64,000 nt of DNA from Chiloscyllium plagiosum (Eukaryota). The stretch covers positions 74,158,870 through 74,222,869 of the forward strand of contig NC_057711.1 of NCBI RefSeq assembly GCF_004010195.1, written 5' to 3'. The notes beneath the pieces are model-generated. The model made no database searches and was not told the DNA's origin. It saw nothing but the letters and a program-made list of their open reading frames with translations. Within the stretch, counting starts at the first letter, position 1. Every line of letters starts with the position of its first letter. Both the position numbers and the translations under genes were made by a program. Positions 10,366 to 24,897 of this stretch are shown here, in pieces.

Positions 10366-13280
10366 CCCAAGGAGCCTAACATCATCTAGCCCACCAGCCC
10401 ACTCGATCTGCGCTACATCCACCATCTTGAATGTTCATTGCCTCCACTGTAGGTACTCGAGTCTCTTTGTGAGATCTCCCTTGTCCTCTCCACCACCCTG
10501 TTGCACAGTTTCTCTGGGTGGACCTGATAGCATATCCCCTAACTGAACAGCTCCAGATGAGAAATGGCCAGACCCCTGACCTAGTGGATGTTATGGAGCA
10601 ACACGACTGACCATGGCCCATGACCCAGACTGCAGAGACATGTATTCTGTGTCTGAGATCATCCGTCCTGGACACCTGATCGTGGCCAATCTCCTGGACT
10701 GGTAATGGAGGCTGTCGTTGACTTACCACGCTGACAAATACCTCCATGGGCTTCAGCTCCCAAAGATTTAGACGCAGCTGATTTTGTGCTGCACATTCAA
10801 TGTGTTTGCCACATAAGGTGCTGACACATGGGTACAGGTATGAGACTGACATAATGCACTGTCATATAAACGACTGTGGATTGCTGACCAGCAAGGCAAG
10901 CTGCCTGCATGACCACTGATAGGCAGCACAAAGCAGTGTGAGGCAGCAATGTTGGGATCATGCAGTTAGGCACGAAGTGAGCGAATGCTAAGACAGCAAG
11001 CGAGCATCTCTGAAAAGTTACCTGGTCCAATTCATGAGCTTGGTTCTTGTCTCTGTGCACAAAGTTTCCTTACAGCATCCTTTCAGTTGCTGGAGTGCTT
11101 TGCAATGCAGGCATGTATTTCTTAAGCATCGTGCAAGTGGATTAGAATGGTGCCAGAAGAATCCTGAGGAATTGACCATTATCGAATGCCAATGTCTGTG
11201 GGTGAAGGGCGTGTGTGGTCTCTAGCCTGAGATGTTAATTGGTGAGCAACATGGAGGCTGTTCACAGACAGCAGCAAACTGAAGTCACCGGGTACCTACT
11301 CTGACTTCAATGCTGAGAATTCTTAGCATTTGTTTTCTCATAGCGGGTGGTAGAATAGGAAGCTGTGTATTAATGAGGTGAGCTGTACGATTAATAAACT
11401 TGTTAACGAGGAATACTCCCTCTTAATAGGCCAGTTACCACTGCCTAGCAAAAATCTCACCTTGATGCCAGACGCATAATTAAAAGGGACAGTGAGTTGT
11501 TCCTGACATCGAGATAAAATTTGCTGGACTTCTTGTGTGATTCTGTCCTATTGCTCACCATACCCCATGTTGTTCAAGCTCCGGTAAGACCCACCCCCCT
11601 CCCGGAAGCACACAATGTTGTAGATTTGTTTTAATAATACAACAGACGTTTACTGTACAAAAGAAATGGAGATAAAATAGAATAAGCGATAGTATTTCCA
11701 TTTCACACAATTTTAATGATTTTGAAAATATGAGGTAAAGTTTTAATCCCAAAATTACCACTTTACAGTACTCATATCAGAGAAAATTTCCTGCTGTATC
11801 AGTCTCTAGGGGCTTTAGCTTCCAGCTTTGAGAATCCCATATCCTCTTCCTGGAGACTTTAAGCTACTGAGTTTAAGCTTTCTGAGCTTCAAATAACCCC
11901 TTCAAGGTTTTAACTAAATACTTCTGGTCCAGAAGCTTTACTAAATTCCTTACATTGAGGTTGTCTATTTTTAACAATTCCAAACTATATTCGCCTCTCA
12001 GGATCAGCTAGTGTACACATCAGCTTCAGCAAAGAACCCAAACTGAAGCTAAAAAACACTCTCCTTCCCAAGCTATGGGTGCTTCCCCGAAGCATGACAG
12101 AAATAAAACAATTGATCCCTGATCTTCTAATCTAAAAGCTAAGATGCAGCTGTTTACCTTGTTTAATCATGAAATTCTTTGAATATAAGTAAAAACCTGT
12201 TACTCTCCAGGATGTCTTTCCCTTCCCAAGAATCATCAAGGCTACGGAAATGCTTACAAATGAATCATAAAACCCATCCAGATGTACAGAAACCCATATG
12301 CCACTAGTTCAAATTCAAACAACAGACTCAAAAATAAATGTATTAGGAAATATTTAAATCTCACATATTACATCACAGTGGAAGACCTACATCAAAGCAA
12401 TTAAACATCTGATGGCAATGAATTATTGAGCAGGATGGGAGGGTAGGCAAATGGCGAATGTGCTGTAAGCTTGCCCTGAGTTTTTTGTGATCCTTCCCTA
12501 GCCTCATGTGAAACCTTTCAGGGAAAAGTTCATTTACCTTCTTTGAGATCACAGGAAAACTTCTATGTAGAAGAAAATTAAGAATTTGCTAAGTTACACA
12601 CATTACCCTTCCTAAAAAACATACAATCAGAAATCACAAGTCAGGGACAGCATATCATTTTTGAGATTTATTTTACATGAAAGCTTATTGGCCTGGTAGG
12701 GTTCATCTATTGGGGTATTTATATAATTGTATCCTAATTATGTGTTACAAGTACACGTTTCCACCTCTACTAAATAGACTGTCTATTAATGGTTGAATTT
12801 ACTTGTCAAGCATGAGGATTGGGAGATGAGGAAGTGAGAGGTTGGTTAGGAGGCAGGGTATTGTGTGCTATCTGTGATATTTCTAAGCATTTCAATTGTA
12901 ATTTCTTTGCAAGGGCTCTTTGCTGGCTCCTTGCATTCTTTGGTGTGGATGGAGAAGATTTCATCTTTGCTGAAGTCCCCTCCCTGTTATTGTTTGATGG
13001 GTTCCAATTATTTCAGCAATTGCAGACTTAACCATGTTTTATGTTGGTGTTTTCTGTGTAGCAACATGTCTTCTTGTGTTAGGTAGACATGAGGTACCTC
13101 CTTCATTAGAGTCTCCAACATTGCCTTGTGTGCTAAGAGAACTATTTTCCACATCTTCCATTTATTGACTATCACTGCAAGGGCATAGGCTTTATTTACA
13201 TGTACTGATTAACATATTGTTTGAACACCTCTTAAATTCTCTATCAAAGAATCAAGTTCTACACATTATGTTTATCTAGT

Positions 13281-13485
13281 CATAGCGTGAGAGAATCCCT
13301 CCCGTGTGGAAGCAGGCCATTCAGCCCATTCAGTCCACAACAATCTTTCAAAGAACATTCCACCCAGACCCAGTCCCCTATCCTATCCCTGTAACCCTGC
13401 ATTGCCCATGGCCAATCCACCTAACCTGGACTGAGGGAGGAACCCAGAGAAAACCCATGCAGACACGGGGAGAATGTGCAAATTT
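13281..13485 (-). mobile_element. Partial HE1-type SINE
   Basis: It shares acccatgcagacacggggagaatgtgcaaa and gtgtggaagcaggccattc with the copy at 53334-53621. Confidence 0.7.
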
Positions 13486-15304
13486 CAGATGATGCCTGAT
13501 GATCATCTGCTGTGTTTGACTCACTCCACTACAAAGATTTTGACTTTTTAATTCTTTCTTCAAACCATTTTGGACATAAATTATGTATCCTCACAAAGAC
13601 TTGGTCTCAGATTGAGAGCAAGGCTCGACTAAGGAATGCACCTCACTGCACTCTGGCTACTGAAGCAGGAAAGTCCTCACAGTCATCATAAGTAACATTG
13701 ATTTTTATTTTGCTGTAAAAAACAGAGTAGCTCTTGGCTCCAAAATATAATTAACATTGTTCACTCTCTCCACTTCAACCCACAATCTCAAGTCCTCCTT
13801 AATTTCTTAGTTTATAAAATAAAGCTTGACTCTAATTTTGAAAAGTGTCTGAGCAGAAATGGCTAGAAGCGAAACAAAAATTATTCCTCATTTTAACTGA
13901 TGAACTAATAGGCGTGCATCCAGGGAGATGAGTTAACTGGTGCATATTTTGGCAGTGTCGCAGCTGTGCGCAAAAAAAAATCAAATCCAAACCCAAGTTC
14001 TTCTGAAATGCTGGAGTCTTCAAGTTCAAAATGTAATGAATGTTTTGGTGCTAAGATTGGTAAGAGAAGAGTGTCCCTCACCATAAGGCAACAGGGCTGC
14101 TTACTACGCAAGGATCTGTGATTGTCTGGCAACACTGCTTGCTCACTATCTATGACTGTGCTCAATTTTTATGGCTTTGTGTCATTTCAGGTAACATCAG
14201 CTAGGCTGATCCTGGATTGTGCATTTATCTAGGCAGAGATGTACTTTCAAGAGAGCAGAGAAATTGTGGATATTTGTTATCATGGCAAGACAGTAACATA
14301 TAGGGCCAACCACTTTATAAGGGTGTAGACTTGGACAAGTACATCAAATGGTGCCCTTATTGCTTTGTGAGCTGTAGAGAATACTTCCTTCCATTACTTC
14401 AACACAAATATTCCCAAATTATTCCCAAAAATGTTTTTCCTGTGAATCGTGGCCTCAGTAAGCATTTCTAGCTGATCATGTCCACACTAATAGCTTGCTT
14501 TTTTGGAATAATGTGCTCCACGTTTCTCATGCAATAAGAATATCCGCACCTGCAAATTCTCCTGGTGGTCACACACCATCCTGACTTGAACATGCTACAA
14601 TTATTTCATCACACCGATAAAGGAATCCATTATAGTCAGAGTTTTGGGGAACCTTCCAAGTTATAATCTTCAAGTATGAGTTTTCCCATTTTGCACATCC
14701 TTCTGCTATCTTTGAGCATTGACACTGTGATATTAAAACATTGATTATAGCTAGCTATTATGTAAAAACATGGTATTCTTCACAGACTTTATTGTCTAGT
14801 CCAGTGTTAAGCTATTAGCTTATAGCAGAACAGCAACCTGCCATAGAGTGCCATGCTTCAGGTGATCGTAGAGTAAGATGAAATGTGAAATCTTTATACC
14901 CTTGGGTCACATGCTGCCTTACAGTGATGAAATCATAAACATGTCTCTTAAAGATAATCTGACATGCTGACTACACCATGAGACACAACATACTTGTATA
15001 TTATTTCTCTCCCAAGAGGCTGATGTTTCTGACAGTCCAAAAAGTTACAAAGTTGTGCTGCATTCCTAATGATATGCATCTATGTCCATGCAAATAAAGT
15101 TATTGATAAATTGAACTTTTTTTTAGATGTTCTCCTCAGCTGGCCTGGTGTAGTATGGTGAACAAATGCAAATTCTTCAGAAGGGTTATAAAAATCACCC
15201 ACATACTCTCTGTTAAAATGCTTTTCTTCCTTGAAACGTTTGTGGAACCTTTCTTTTGTAGGATGGCTATACAGCCCTGATTTAACATTCCCTTCCTTGC
15301 TTTC

Positions 15305-15736
15305 AAATGACTTATAATGAGAGTTATAAGGAGAGGCTGGATAGGCTGGGACTTTTCTCATTGGAGTGTAGGAGGTTGAGAGGTGACCATACTGAGATTT
15401 GTAAAATGAGGGGTAGAAATAAGGAGAATGATAAGTGCCTTTTTCCTAGGGTGGGGATTGTCAAGACTAGGGGGCATATTGTTAAGGTGAGAGGAGTAAG
15501 ATTTTAAAAAGACATGAGGAACAACTTTTTTTTACACAAAGAGTGGTTTGTGTGTGGAATGAACTTCCAGAGGAAGTGGTGGATGTGGGTATAGTTATGA
15601 AGTTGAAAAGACATTTAGATAAGTGCATGAATAAGAGGTATTTGGAGGGATTTGCCAAACGCAGGGACCAGTTTAGTTTGGGATAATGTCGGCATGGACC
15701 AAAGGGTCTGTTTCTGTGCTGTATGACTCTATGACT
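15305..15736 (+). mobile_element. CR1 LINE 3' fragment
   Basis: It translates SYKERLDRLGLFSLECRRLRGD...KTRGH and ends in a tatgactctatgact tail. Confidence 0.85.
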
Positions 15737-18700
15737 TCTTAGTACAGTTTCTCTCTGTCTCTTTAACCTCCTTCAGCCCTACAACTCTGCAGGATCCATG
15801 CAAATCTGGCCTGTTCCATCTTCCCTGTTTTAATCAGTCCTACTTTGTTGGCATGCTTTCAGTTACCTAGCCCTAAGTTCAGAAGCTGCCTCCTTAAATT
15901 TCTCTACCTCCCTATCTCTTCCTTGAAGGTAGTCCTTAAGAGCTACCTGTTTGATCTACTGTTGTAATATTTTCTAGTGTGACTCAATGTCAGATTTTAT
16001 TTTAAAGTAGTCCTGTAAATAGCCTTAGAATGTTTTATTATTTTGTAGGTGCTATTTAAATGCAAGTTGTAACAATTTCCAGCAAAGATTTCAATGATAT
16101 GTAACAGTAAGAGTCAGGGTATAGGTTGAGCATTAAAACATTTGATAAACTGAATGAGGGAAATACACTTTGTTTGATGTCTGCTGTTATGGTCTTACAA
16201 AAATATATTCTTTTTATATCATGCTCCTTTCAAATGACTGTTTAAATTTAGCTGCCTGTAGAGGTAATAGACCATGAGTTACAGAATGAACATGTTTTGA
16301 CTTTTCTGCTCTCTTGAACAATAAAGAAGCCTATTCTTAAATTGGTCAAACTGCTTGAATTGGCATGTCATTAAGGAAATGAATTATTTTTATAAAGTTG
16401 ACCACAATTAACTTTAAAATGGTTATGAGTCTTGATTATGTGTCTGTGCAATATAAACACTTTGACTTTCATTTCCCTGTCTCCTCTGAAATAAGAAACA
16501 AGATGAAATGCAGGTGGTATTGTTCTACAGAAAGCCCTACCTTATGAAATTGAGAATTTTCCATTTCTCAAATTGTTTTACAATGAATGTTGTGTATTGT
16601 TCTCACACAATACCTGCTGGGTCTGGTACCAGCTTATTTTCCTGCTATTGTGAGCTTTTGCATCATGTAACATATTTATTAATGAGATCCCAACAGATTT
16701 GAATTCTTAGATAAAATGAAATATGTGATTGCACATATCAAATAATATTGGTTGTTGCTTGAGAAAGGAGCATTTAGTCATAGGGTTTCTGCACCAGAAT
16801 TTATTTGCATCTCACAGATGTAAATTCCACTTGACACTCGTGCCCTTTTTCTTTTTAGTGAGTGTGACCTGCTATGAAAGCAATATGGATTTAACTCAGC
16901 CACTCTGCTCCAGCTCCCACTCTGAATCCTCCACTCGCTCAACCTTGATCAAGTAAAGTACATTAACATGCTCTGAATATTTGCTATACATACCTTCTGC
17001 TTGACACCTTGCAGATTATAACATTCCTGTATAAATCTAATTGGTAGAAATTACATTTGGCATTCTTTTCCCTGCTGTTTGAATAAAGACAACACATTTT
17101 ATTGGAGTAATGCCATTATTAATATCCCAAATTGTGGAATTTGGTACAGTTATATAGCTGACAGCAATTTCTATCTTAATGTATACTTTAGTAAAAGTGT
17201 AAACTTGTAAAATTAAGAACGATATAAAAGCTTCAGGGATGACAGAAAAACAAATGAGAATTATTCCAAGGTTGCAGGACTTCTGCCACATGGATAGATC
17301 AGAGAAGTTAAGGCTAATTACCCTAAAAAATGGAAGATTGACAAGATAATCGATTAAGGTATTTAAAATCAGAGAGATTGAGAATGAGTAATTGGGGCTC
17401 CCATCAAATTCCATTTTGATTTAATTCCCTCTCTCCGCACTGTTCCTCACCTTTGGTGCTTTTTGCAATGCCCCTGATTGTATTTGCAGGTAAATTGGAA
17501 ATGCAGTGATTTAGTGGTGGCGGATAAAAGTTTAAAGCAACATGGTTGATTTGGTGGTGGGAAAACAAACCATTCAGTTGTGCATGAAAGCACTTTTGAT
17601 ATAGGACACAAACAATGAAGCAGAGTAGATGGGGCTAAATTGTTCCCATTCTAAGAACATTAGAAAACCAGAAGACACAGATATAAATTTCTAGGAAAGG
17701 TGACATAAAGAAATCCTTTTTTCTACAATCTGCAATGCAGATCATCATGGTATAGGCAGATTCATTGTGGCTTTTAGAAGAGAATTATACAAGGAATGGA
17801 AACAAAAACAATTAGTACTGTGGAAAAAGACTGGAAGTGGAACTGTCTTTTTTTAAATGGAAAGAGCTGGAATAGGCACAAATTAGTTAAATTAGCCTCC
17901 CTCTGTGCTGTGAAACTTCTATGATTCTATTCTGTGACCATTACACATGTGTATTGGAAAATAGATCTGTTTTCAGTGAATATAATTGGGAACATAACAG
18001 TGTTTGGCAATCATGCAAGGTCAAAGAGTGAAAACTGAGCTGCACACAAGTATGATGCTGTAAATCCCAAACCAGCATCAATGCATCATGCTAAAAATTC
18101 ATTCTGTACTATTATGGCATTGATGTACTTGGATACTTCACATAATAACTGAACTTGGAGTTGTTTCAGATGATTGGGAGGTTTCACAATATGCATCAGA
18201 TTAAAATAAACTCTGTGGGAAAATAGCCTCTTAGACTTCATGACCTGTCGGCAAATGGAAACTGCACTTGCTTCAGTGTAACAAATGATAACTTAAGTGA
18301 CATATTGAATTTTCACTCTGCATCCAAGAAATAATTCATCCCCTGCTCATTATTTGAAAATATTGCAGTGTACAACTTACAGAATAATGACAGATTCAGC
18401 AAAAATACATTGCACACACTCAAAGCTAATCTAACTCTAGATGATCACTGTGAAGTACATTTTTATTTATAGTCACCTGGAAGCATATTGCTTGATGCAG
18501 ATTTCCATGGGCTATGACCATCATTTGGAGCCTAAAGATATCTGTAGAGTTTGGACCAAAATTGAAGTATATCTTCAAGTTGAGTTAATGGGAGGAAACC
18601 AACTCTGACACATTCAATAAGTTGTAACTTATGGGAGTCTAGCTGGACTGAACCTAAGGGTGACGAAGATAGAGACTAAAGTTGAGCTGGTAATAGTTTA

Positions 18701-18847
18701 AAAGTTGAAAACATGTCTTGGAGAGACTCTATCTTTGTAATGGAGTGAGCCATGGGTAAAAGTTTAGTTTGGATTCAACAGTATCCCAAAGCTCTGCAAT
18801 GGTTGACTTGTCTTGAATGTGCAGCTGTGGAGAGTGATGGAATCTAG

Positions 18848-18979
18848 AGCCGGAGATGTGTTGCTGGAAAAGCGCAGCAGGTCAGGCAGCATCCAGGGAA
18901 CAGGAGAATCGACGTTTCGGGCATAAGCCCTTCTTCGGGCATAAGCCCTTCTTCAGGAAGGGCTTATGCCCGAAGAAGC
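18848..18979. mobile_element. Rearranged family-A hammerhead element between 99-bp direct repeats
   Basis: The arm reads tgtgttgctggaaaagcgcagcaggtcagg...gacgtttcgggcataagcccttctt, with cgggcataagcccttctt duplicated. The flanks 18749-18847 and 18980-19078 are identical except for one base. Confidence 0.8.
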
Positions 18980-20289
18980 GCCATGGGTAAAAGTTTAGTT
19001 TGGATTCAACAGTATCCCAAAGCTCTGCAATGGTTGACTTGTCTTGAATGTGCAGCTGTGGAGATTGATGGAATCTAGGCTAGTGAAAGCGACTGACTTT
19101 AGCTCTAATACCGTTAGTCAGGGGAACATTTTAGTTCACCCAGGTCTAAATATCAGAGAGTTAGAAAAGGCAAGGCTGATGTCATGAGCCTACCTGTGGG
19201 AGCTGAACCAGTGATAAAATTGAGCATTCTATCTTCCTCAGATATCACAAAAAGGTAGCATGTAAATGAAGAGAGACAAGCACATATAGCATTATGGAAG
19301 TACTTTGGAAGTGACTGAAAACAAGGGACAAATAGTTTGGAGGTAATTCTGTGTATGCATTGTAATAGACATGTATAAAACCAGGAGAACCTAGTGCTAC
19401 AGAGACCACAGGAAATAAAAGGATAGAATGGTCAGTGTTATCAAAAGTGGCAAAGTAAAATAAAGAAGTTGAATGGAGAAACAGATCCATTGTCTTGGTT
19501 TATAGGGTATCGTTTGTCACTTTGACCAGTGCAATTACAATGCTGTGGGAAGGTGTTGCTGTTTCCTTCCCATCTTATTTTAAGGAATTATATGTTATAT
19601 AGGCTTCTGGGGTTGCATACTTAACGGGGTTGCCTACTTAACTACTTACAATTTAAAATAAAGCAGGTGCTGTCTGACTGATATTTCCTGTGTGTTGTGT
19701 GAAGAAAAATCATGAGCCTTTAATTTACAGCACAGTTAAGGAGTTAAAAACAATTATGATGAGGTTGCAAAATGAGTAATGTTTCTTGATAACGAACAAA
19801 GCGTTGGTAGACATCATGTTCACTAGCAACTGTGAGATAGCAGGCTATGTGCAGATAATATTTACAAAACATTGAAATGAATGGTTGTTATTGTGAATTT
19901 AATATAGCTCCATGCCAGCTATGACACAACAACATTTGTGATTTGGACTTTGAACCATAATTTCCCATGTTCCAGTAAAATTGTCAGGTGTTGCTTGGTA
20001 GTTGTATTAATACCTGGAAGTAATCTAGTTGACAGATTCAGGTGATATCATTATGTTTTAAGTAATGTGAACTCACAGATTAGATTCCACTCTGAAGATT
20101 ACTCTTGTTTTACCTATTTTGACTGTCTTATCATGTGGTTTTAAATGTACTCAGCTAAGTTTCAGGTCTCCAGCGTCTTTGTTTTGTTTATACACTCAAT
20201 CTCTTTGCAATATTGTCATAAGATGTTCAAAATGGACATATGTTCAATTCCCCAATACATACATTCCCCATCTATAGTCTAAAAATGAT

Positions 20290-20910
20290 TTATGCGTGAA
20301 AACCCTCAGGTCTCTTTTAAATCTTTCCCCTCTCACCTTAAACCTACATCCCATAGTTTTGGACTCCCATACTCTAGGAAAAAGACCTTGGCTATTCACC
20401 CTATCCGTGCCCCTCATGATTTTATAAACCTCTACTAGGTGACCCCTCAGCTCCAGGGAGAAAAGCCTCAGCCTATTCAGCCTCTCCCTCTGGCTCAAAC
20501 CCTCCAAACCCTGCAACATCTTTGTAAATCTTTTATGAACCTTTTCAATTTTAACAACATTTTTCCTATAACAAGGAGACCATACTTATCTTCAGTAATC
20601 TAAAAGTGGCCTAATTAATATCCTGTACAGCTGCAACATGACATCTCAACTCCTTTACTCAATGCACTGACCAATGAAGGCAAGTGTGCCAAATGCCTTC
20701 GTCATTACCCTGCCTACCTACGGCTCCACTCTCAAAGAACTATGCATCTGCACCCCTAGGTCCTTTTGTTTGGCAACACCCCCCAGGACCCTACCATTAA
20801 GTGTATAAGTCCTACCCTGGTTTGCCTTTCTAAAATGCAACACCTCACATTTATCTAAATTAAACTCCATCTGCCACTCCTTGGTCCATTGGTCCATCTG
20901 ATCAAGGTGC
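20290..20910 (-). mobile_element. CR1 LINE fragment
   Basis: The minus ORF reads MLQGLEGLSQRERLNRLRLFSLELRGHLVEVYKIMRG. Confidence 0.85.
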
Positions 20911-21607
20911 CATGCAGTTGAAAATAAACTGGCCAGCTTAATCCCAAACTATTCCCAGGGAGAGCAATGGAGTCAGACGTTTGGAGTGGGAATTGAAAGA
21001 GGTGCCTTCAGTCTTGCCAGTATTTATTAGGAGGAAATTTGTCTTCTTTTTGATTCTTTGATAGTTCTGATACTTGAGCAAGAGTGAGGGAATCAAGAGA
21101 TGGGATGATGTCAAGGTGAGTTCCATCAGTGCACATCTGAAAATTAACACAATGTGTTTGGATAATGTTGTATACAAAAAAAAAGTGGTGGCTGGGGGAG
21201 GAGGGGGACGTGGGGGAGGGTGTGGGGAAGGGGACAGGGAGTTGTGGTGTTGTAGCAGGAATGAATTCTTGAGGGCACCATAGATAATGATGCAGATGCC
21301 AGAGAAGCCATTGCAAATTAATATTGGTGTGATTGGACATGGGTGTCTGAAGTAAATTGTCCCTCATACATTTTTACTTAGATGACTCCAAGCATAAGCA
21401 ATAAAAAAGTAATTGATTTTTCAAAAAAAATTGCTGGTAGATGTGTGAACATTTTATAGCTACCTAAATGTATATATTGTAAACAATGGCTTTGACACTT
21501 TGTCAATGTGTCAACATGGAAATATTACAAATATTTTTAGTACCTTTTGCACATTGGAGAATTCAATGTATCCTAAACCTTAACATTTTCAAATTGCTAC
21601 ATGTTTT

Positions 21608-22380
21608 AGTTCATTCATGAAATTTGGACATCACTGGCTAGGCCAGCATGTATCGCCTATCCCTATTTCTCCAGGAGAAGCTGCCTCCTTGAACCATTGC
21701 GGTCGTTGGAATGTAGGGACACTCATAATACTGTCAGGAAGGGAGCTTCAGGATTTTGACCCAGTGACTTAGCCCCAGTCAGGATGATGTTTTGCTCAGA
21801 TGGGAACTTGGAGGGTATTTGTGTTGTTCACATTATATCTGTTGTCTTTGACCTTCTAAGTGGTGGAAGCCATGAGTTTGGAAGGTTTGGATGAAGGAAC
21901 CTTGGTGAGTTAATGCAATGCATCTTGTAGATGGTAAATGCTTCTTGCATTGTGTGTCAGTTGAACAGACTACTTTGTCCTGGATGGTGTCAAACTCCTT
22001 GAATGTTGTTGGAGCTGCACTCATCCAGGCAAGTTTCATCATACTCCTGACTTGTACCTTGCAGGCGATGGACAGGCTTTGAAGAAATAGGAGCTAACAG
22101 AATTGCCACAGAATTTGTAGCCTCTGACCTGCTCTTGCCACAATATTTACAATTTTGGGATGTTTCAGTTTCTGATCAAAGGTAATTCATGATAATGGGG
22201 GAATTCAGTGATGTTAATGCCAATAACCATCAAGGGAAGATGGGTTAGATTCTCTCTTTGTGGAGATTGCCAGGCACCTGCATGGCACAAATTTTATTTG
22301 CCACTCATCAACCCAATCGTGGATGTTGTCTGAGGTCTTGCTGCATAACGGTATGGATTTCTTCAGTACCTGAGGAACTG
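21608..22380 (-). mobile_element. Decayed second non-LTR LINE family (3' part)
   Basis: The minus ORF reads LAWMSAAPTTFKEFDTIQDK. The 3' UTR motif ttcatg...ggacatcactggctaggccagcat recurs at about 27385 and 33070. Confidence 0.65.
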
Positions 22381-24139
22381 CAAATAATTATATTATTCTT
22401 ACTCATTTGTCACTGTACATCATACTGTAAGATTAACATCAAATGGCATTGAATTATTGGACAGATACTTAATTAAATCAATTGTAGTGGTGGAGAATGG
22501 CAATATTAGTTCCTTAGTCCACTTCGCTGTGGCATTTTAAAGCCTGACCATTAGCACATGAGATATTAATTTATAAAATATATTTTTCTAAAATTGCTTG
22601 GCATTCATTATGGTGAATAGAGAATTTTATTTTGTCTAAACTGTAAGGTGAAATCCTGTCATTGAAACTAATAATGAGCCATTGAACCAGAAAAAGTTTG
22701 CTTTTCAATGAGTTTATTAGGTATAAAACTTTGTTTTTTGCCCTTGATTTTTGGTAAATTAATAAATTAAAATTGAAATATTCATAACTATCCAACACAT
22801 CAAAAGAAATGCTTCTCGTCATTGAGAATTGTTAATGCTTCTTCAGAGCCTATGACCTAGGTGACAAAATTCTTACTGTATTTTACAAATTTATTTGAAG
22901 TATGTGATAGGATACTCAGTTAACCTTATTAAATAGTGAAATGTCACTTCAGCTAAGATTTCATTGAGATAGGCTATGTGTGTGTGGAAATCATAATCCT
23001 TTACCATGTTGTGAAATAGCATAAAAGATATTTTTTTAAAAATTCTGAGCCAGCTATTAAGATTAAGGTGTGGAGGGTAAAATGCCTAAAGAAATTTAGC
23101 CTTATCTTTCAGCTCATGGTATCATACTACTGATATTGAAACTAAAGGGCCTTTGTGGCAGGACACTTTTTTTCTGATCCAGAAGCAGATAACATCTTGT
23201 TAGCATTAAGTATCCTTTTGTCACTTCTAGAGGTTTCTTTCTGCTCAATTATGGCCTGTGTTTTGAATAACATTAAATGTAGATTTGTCGCACTGACATT
23301 TTCATGTAGTAATCCTTATTCATTAATGCAACTAAAAATACTAATTGGACTTGAATCTCATCTTTATTTGGAATTGCAGTGCAGCAGTCTTAATAGGCTG
23401 CAGCTAGCATAAGTCTTCAAGTGCTGGATCCTCTCTTTGACAATAATGGAATTTCTATGAAGTTTTAATCAGATAGTGCAGGGTGTTTTTTTCTAAATCA
23501 ACTACCGTTTGCAGTAAGTTAATGCTAATTGGAATACTTCATGTGCAAGCTTCTGCTAACAAAATATAAAGATTCTCACATCTATTTTCCTTTTTAGAGC
23601 AGTTTATCTGTAAGGAAATGGTTTTCTCTTTCTTTTATAAAATAGTTATAGGAAGCAAGGTTAAAAAGAAAAGTTGTCCCTTTTTGTAGATGGCATTTTG
23701 GAGGGGGCGAAGAGGGCTTCTTCAAAAGTAAGCAATTAAAAAAAGCTGTTTGGATCATTCTCCTGAAGTCAATGTTAAGAAACATAAAGGTTTTATTGGG
23801 AAATCTGCAAATCATAATGCATAGTAAGAAAGCTCCTTTCACACATCTAATACAGCTAAATTGCTGTTTAACCAGTATCATTGATGATAGGTTTGATGTA
23901 TGGAATTCACCATTTTACATGAGATTCAATACTTTGATATTCTTAAACCATACATTTCACTCAAGTATGAAGGATCTTCATATCTGTAGTTTAAAATAAT
24001 CTAAATAGCTTTAGTAAATTATACTTTTCCAAAAGTGCTGAGCGGTAGAGATGAGAGTGACCATCTTAGAAAACAAGGTCACTTTTGACCAAGTGTAACA
24101 TTGAGAATTCCGAACAAAGTTATAGTCAATGCAACTTAA

Positions 24140-24310
24140 AGAAAGTACAGTGGATGCTGGAGAAACTCAGCAGGTCTGGCAGCATCTGTAGAGAGAGAAG
24201 CAGAGTTAACAGTTCAAATCCAATTACCATTCGTCAGACTTGACATCATTTTTCTCTCTACAGATGTTGCCAGATTTTCTGAGTTTCTCGAGCACCTTCT
24301 GCTTGTATTT
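24140..24310. mobile_element. Old fold-back PLE mini-element
   Basis: tgctggagaaactcagcaggtctggcagcatctgtagagaga is inverted against tctctacagatgttgccagattttctgagtttctcgagca. Confidence 0.6.
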
Positions 24311-24329
24311 TAGCGTCAGTGAAGATCAA

Positions 24330-24897
24330 GGGTAAATTCTGTGCAGGTTAAAGTCATACCAAGTACAGAGTAAAGATGTTGACGTTATTGGAAAACAGCC
24401 ATTTCAGCTTGAGGACATCCTTGCAAGGGTCCCAATTGTGCTTGGTCCAAACATCTTTAGCAACTTTGTTAATGATCTTCCCTCCATGTTAAGTTCACAT
24501 GTGAGGATGTCTACTGCTGATTGTGCAATATTCAGCAACATTTACAACTTCTCATATACTGAAGTAGTCCATATCCAAATGCACAAAGACCTGGATAATA
24601 TACAGACTTGAGTTGACAGATGACAAGTTATATTCAGACCATTGAAATGCCAGGTATTTACCAACCCCAGTAAGGGAGAATCTAACCATTGCCCTTTGAC
24701 ATTCAGTGGAATTGCCATCGTTAAATTCCCCACTGTAAATATCTTTGGGTTACCATTGACCAGAAACTGAACTGGACTAACCATATAAATACTGTGGCAA
24801 TAAGAGCAGGACAGAGACAGGTATACCTGCAGTGAGTAACTCACCTCCTGACTCCTCAAAGAACATGCACCATTTATGTGGCACAAGTCAGGAGTGT
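24330..24897 (+). mobile_element. Second non-LTR LINE family RT fragment, host of the CR1 at 24898 and continuing at 27228
   Basis: It contains RT-like remnants and is near-collinear with 28961-29246. Confidence 0.65.

Noticed and set aside
10380..11550. ORFs 10382-10852 and neighbours as genes or a Harbinger transposase
   Set aside because: I could not read convincing motifs or splice structure. It is probably an old repeat and is left uncalled.
13890..13940. ctgatga motif as a hammerhead or C/D snoRNA
   Set aside because: There is no GAAA core, and no convincing D box or terminal stem.
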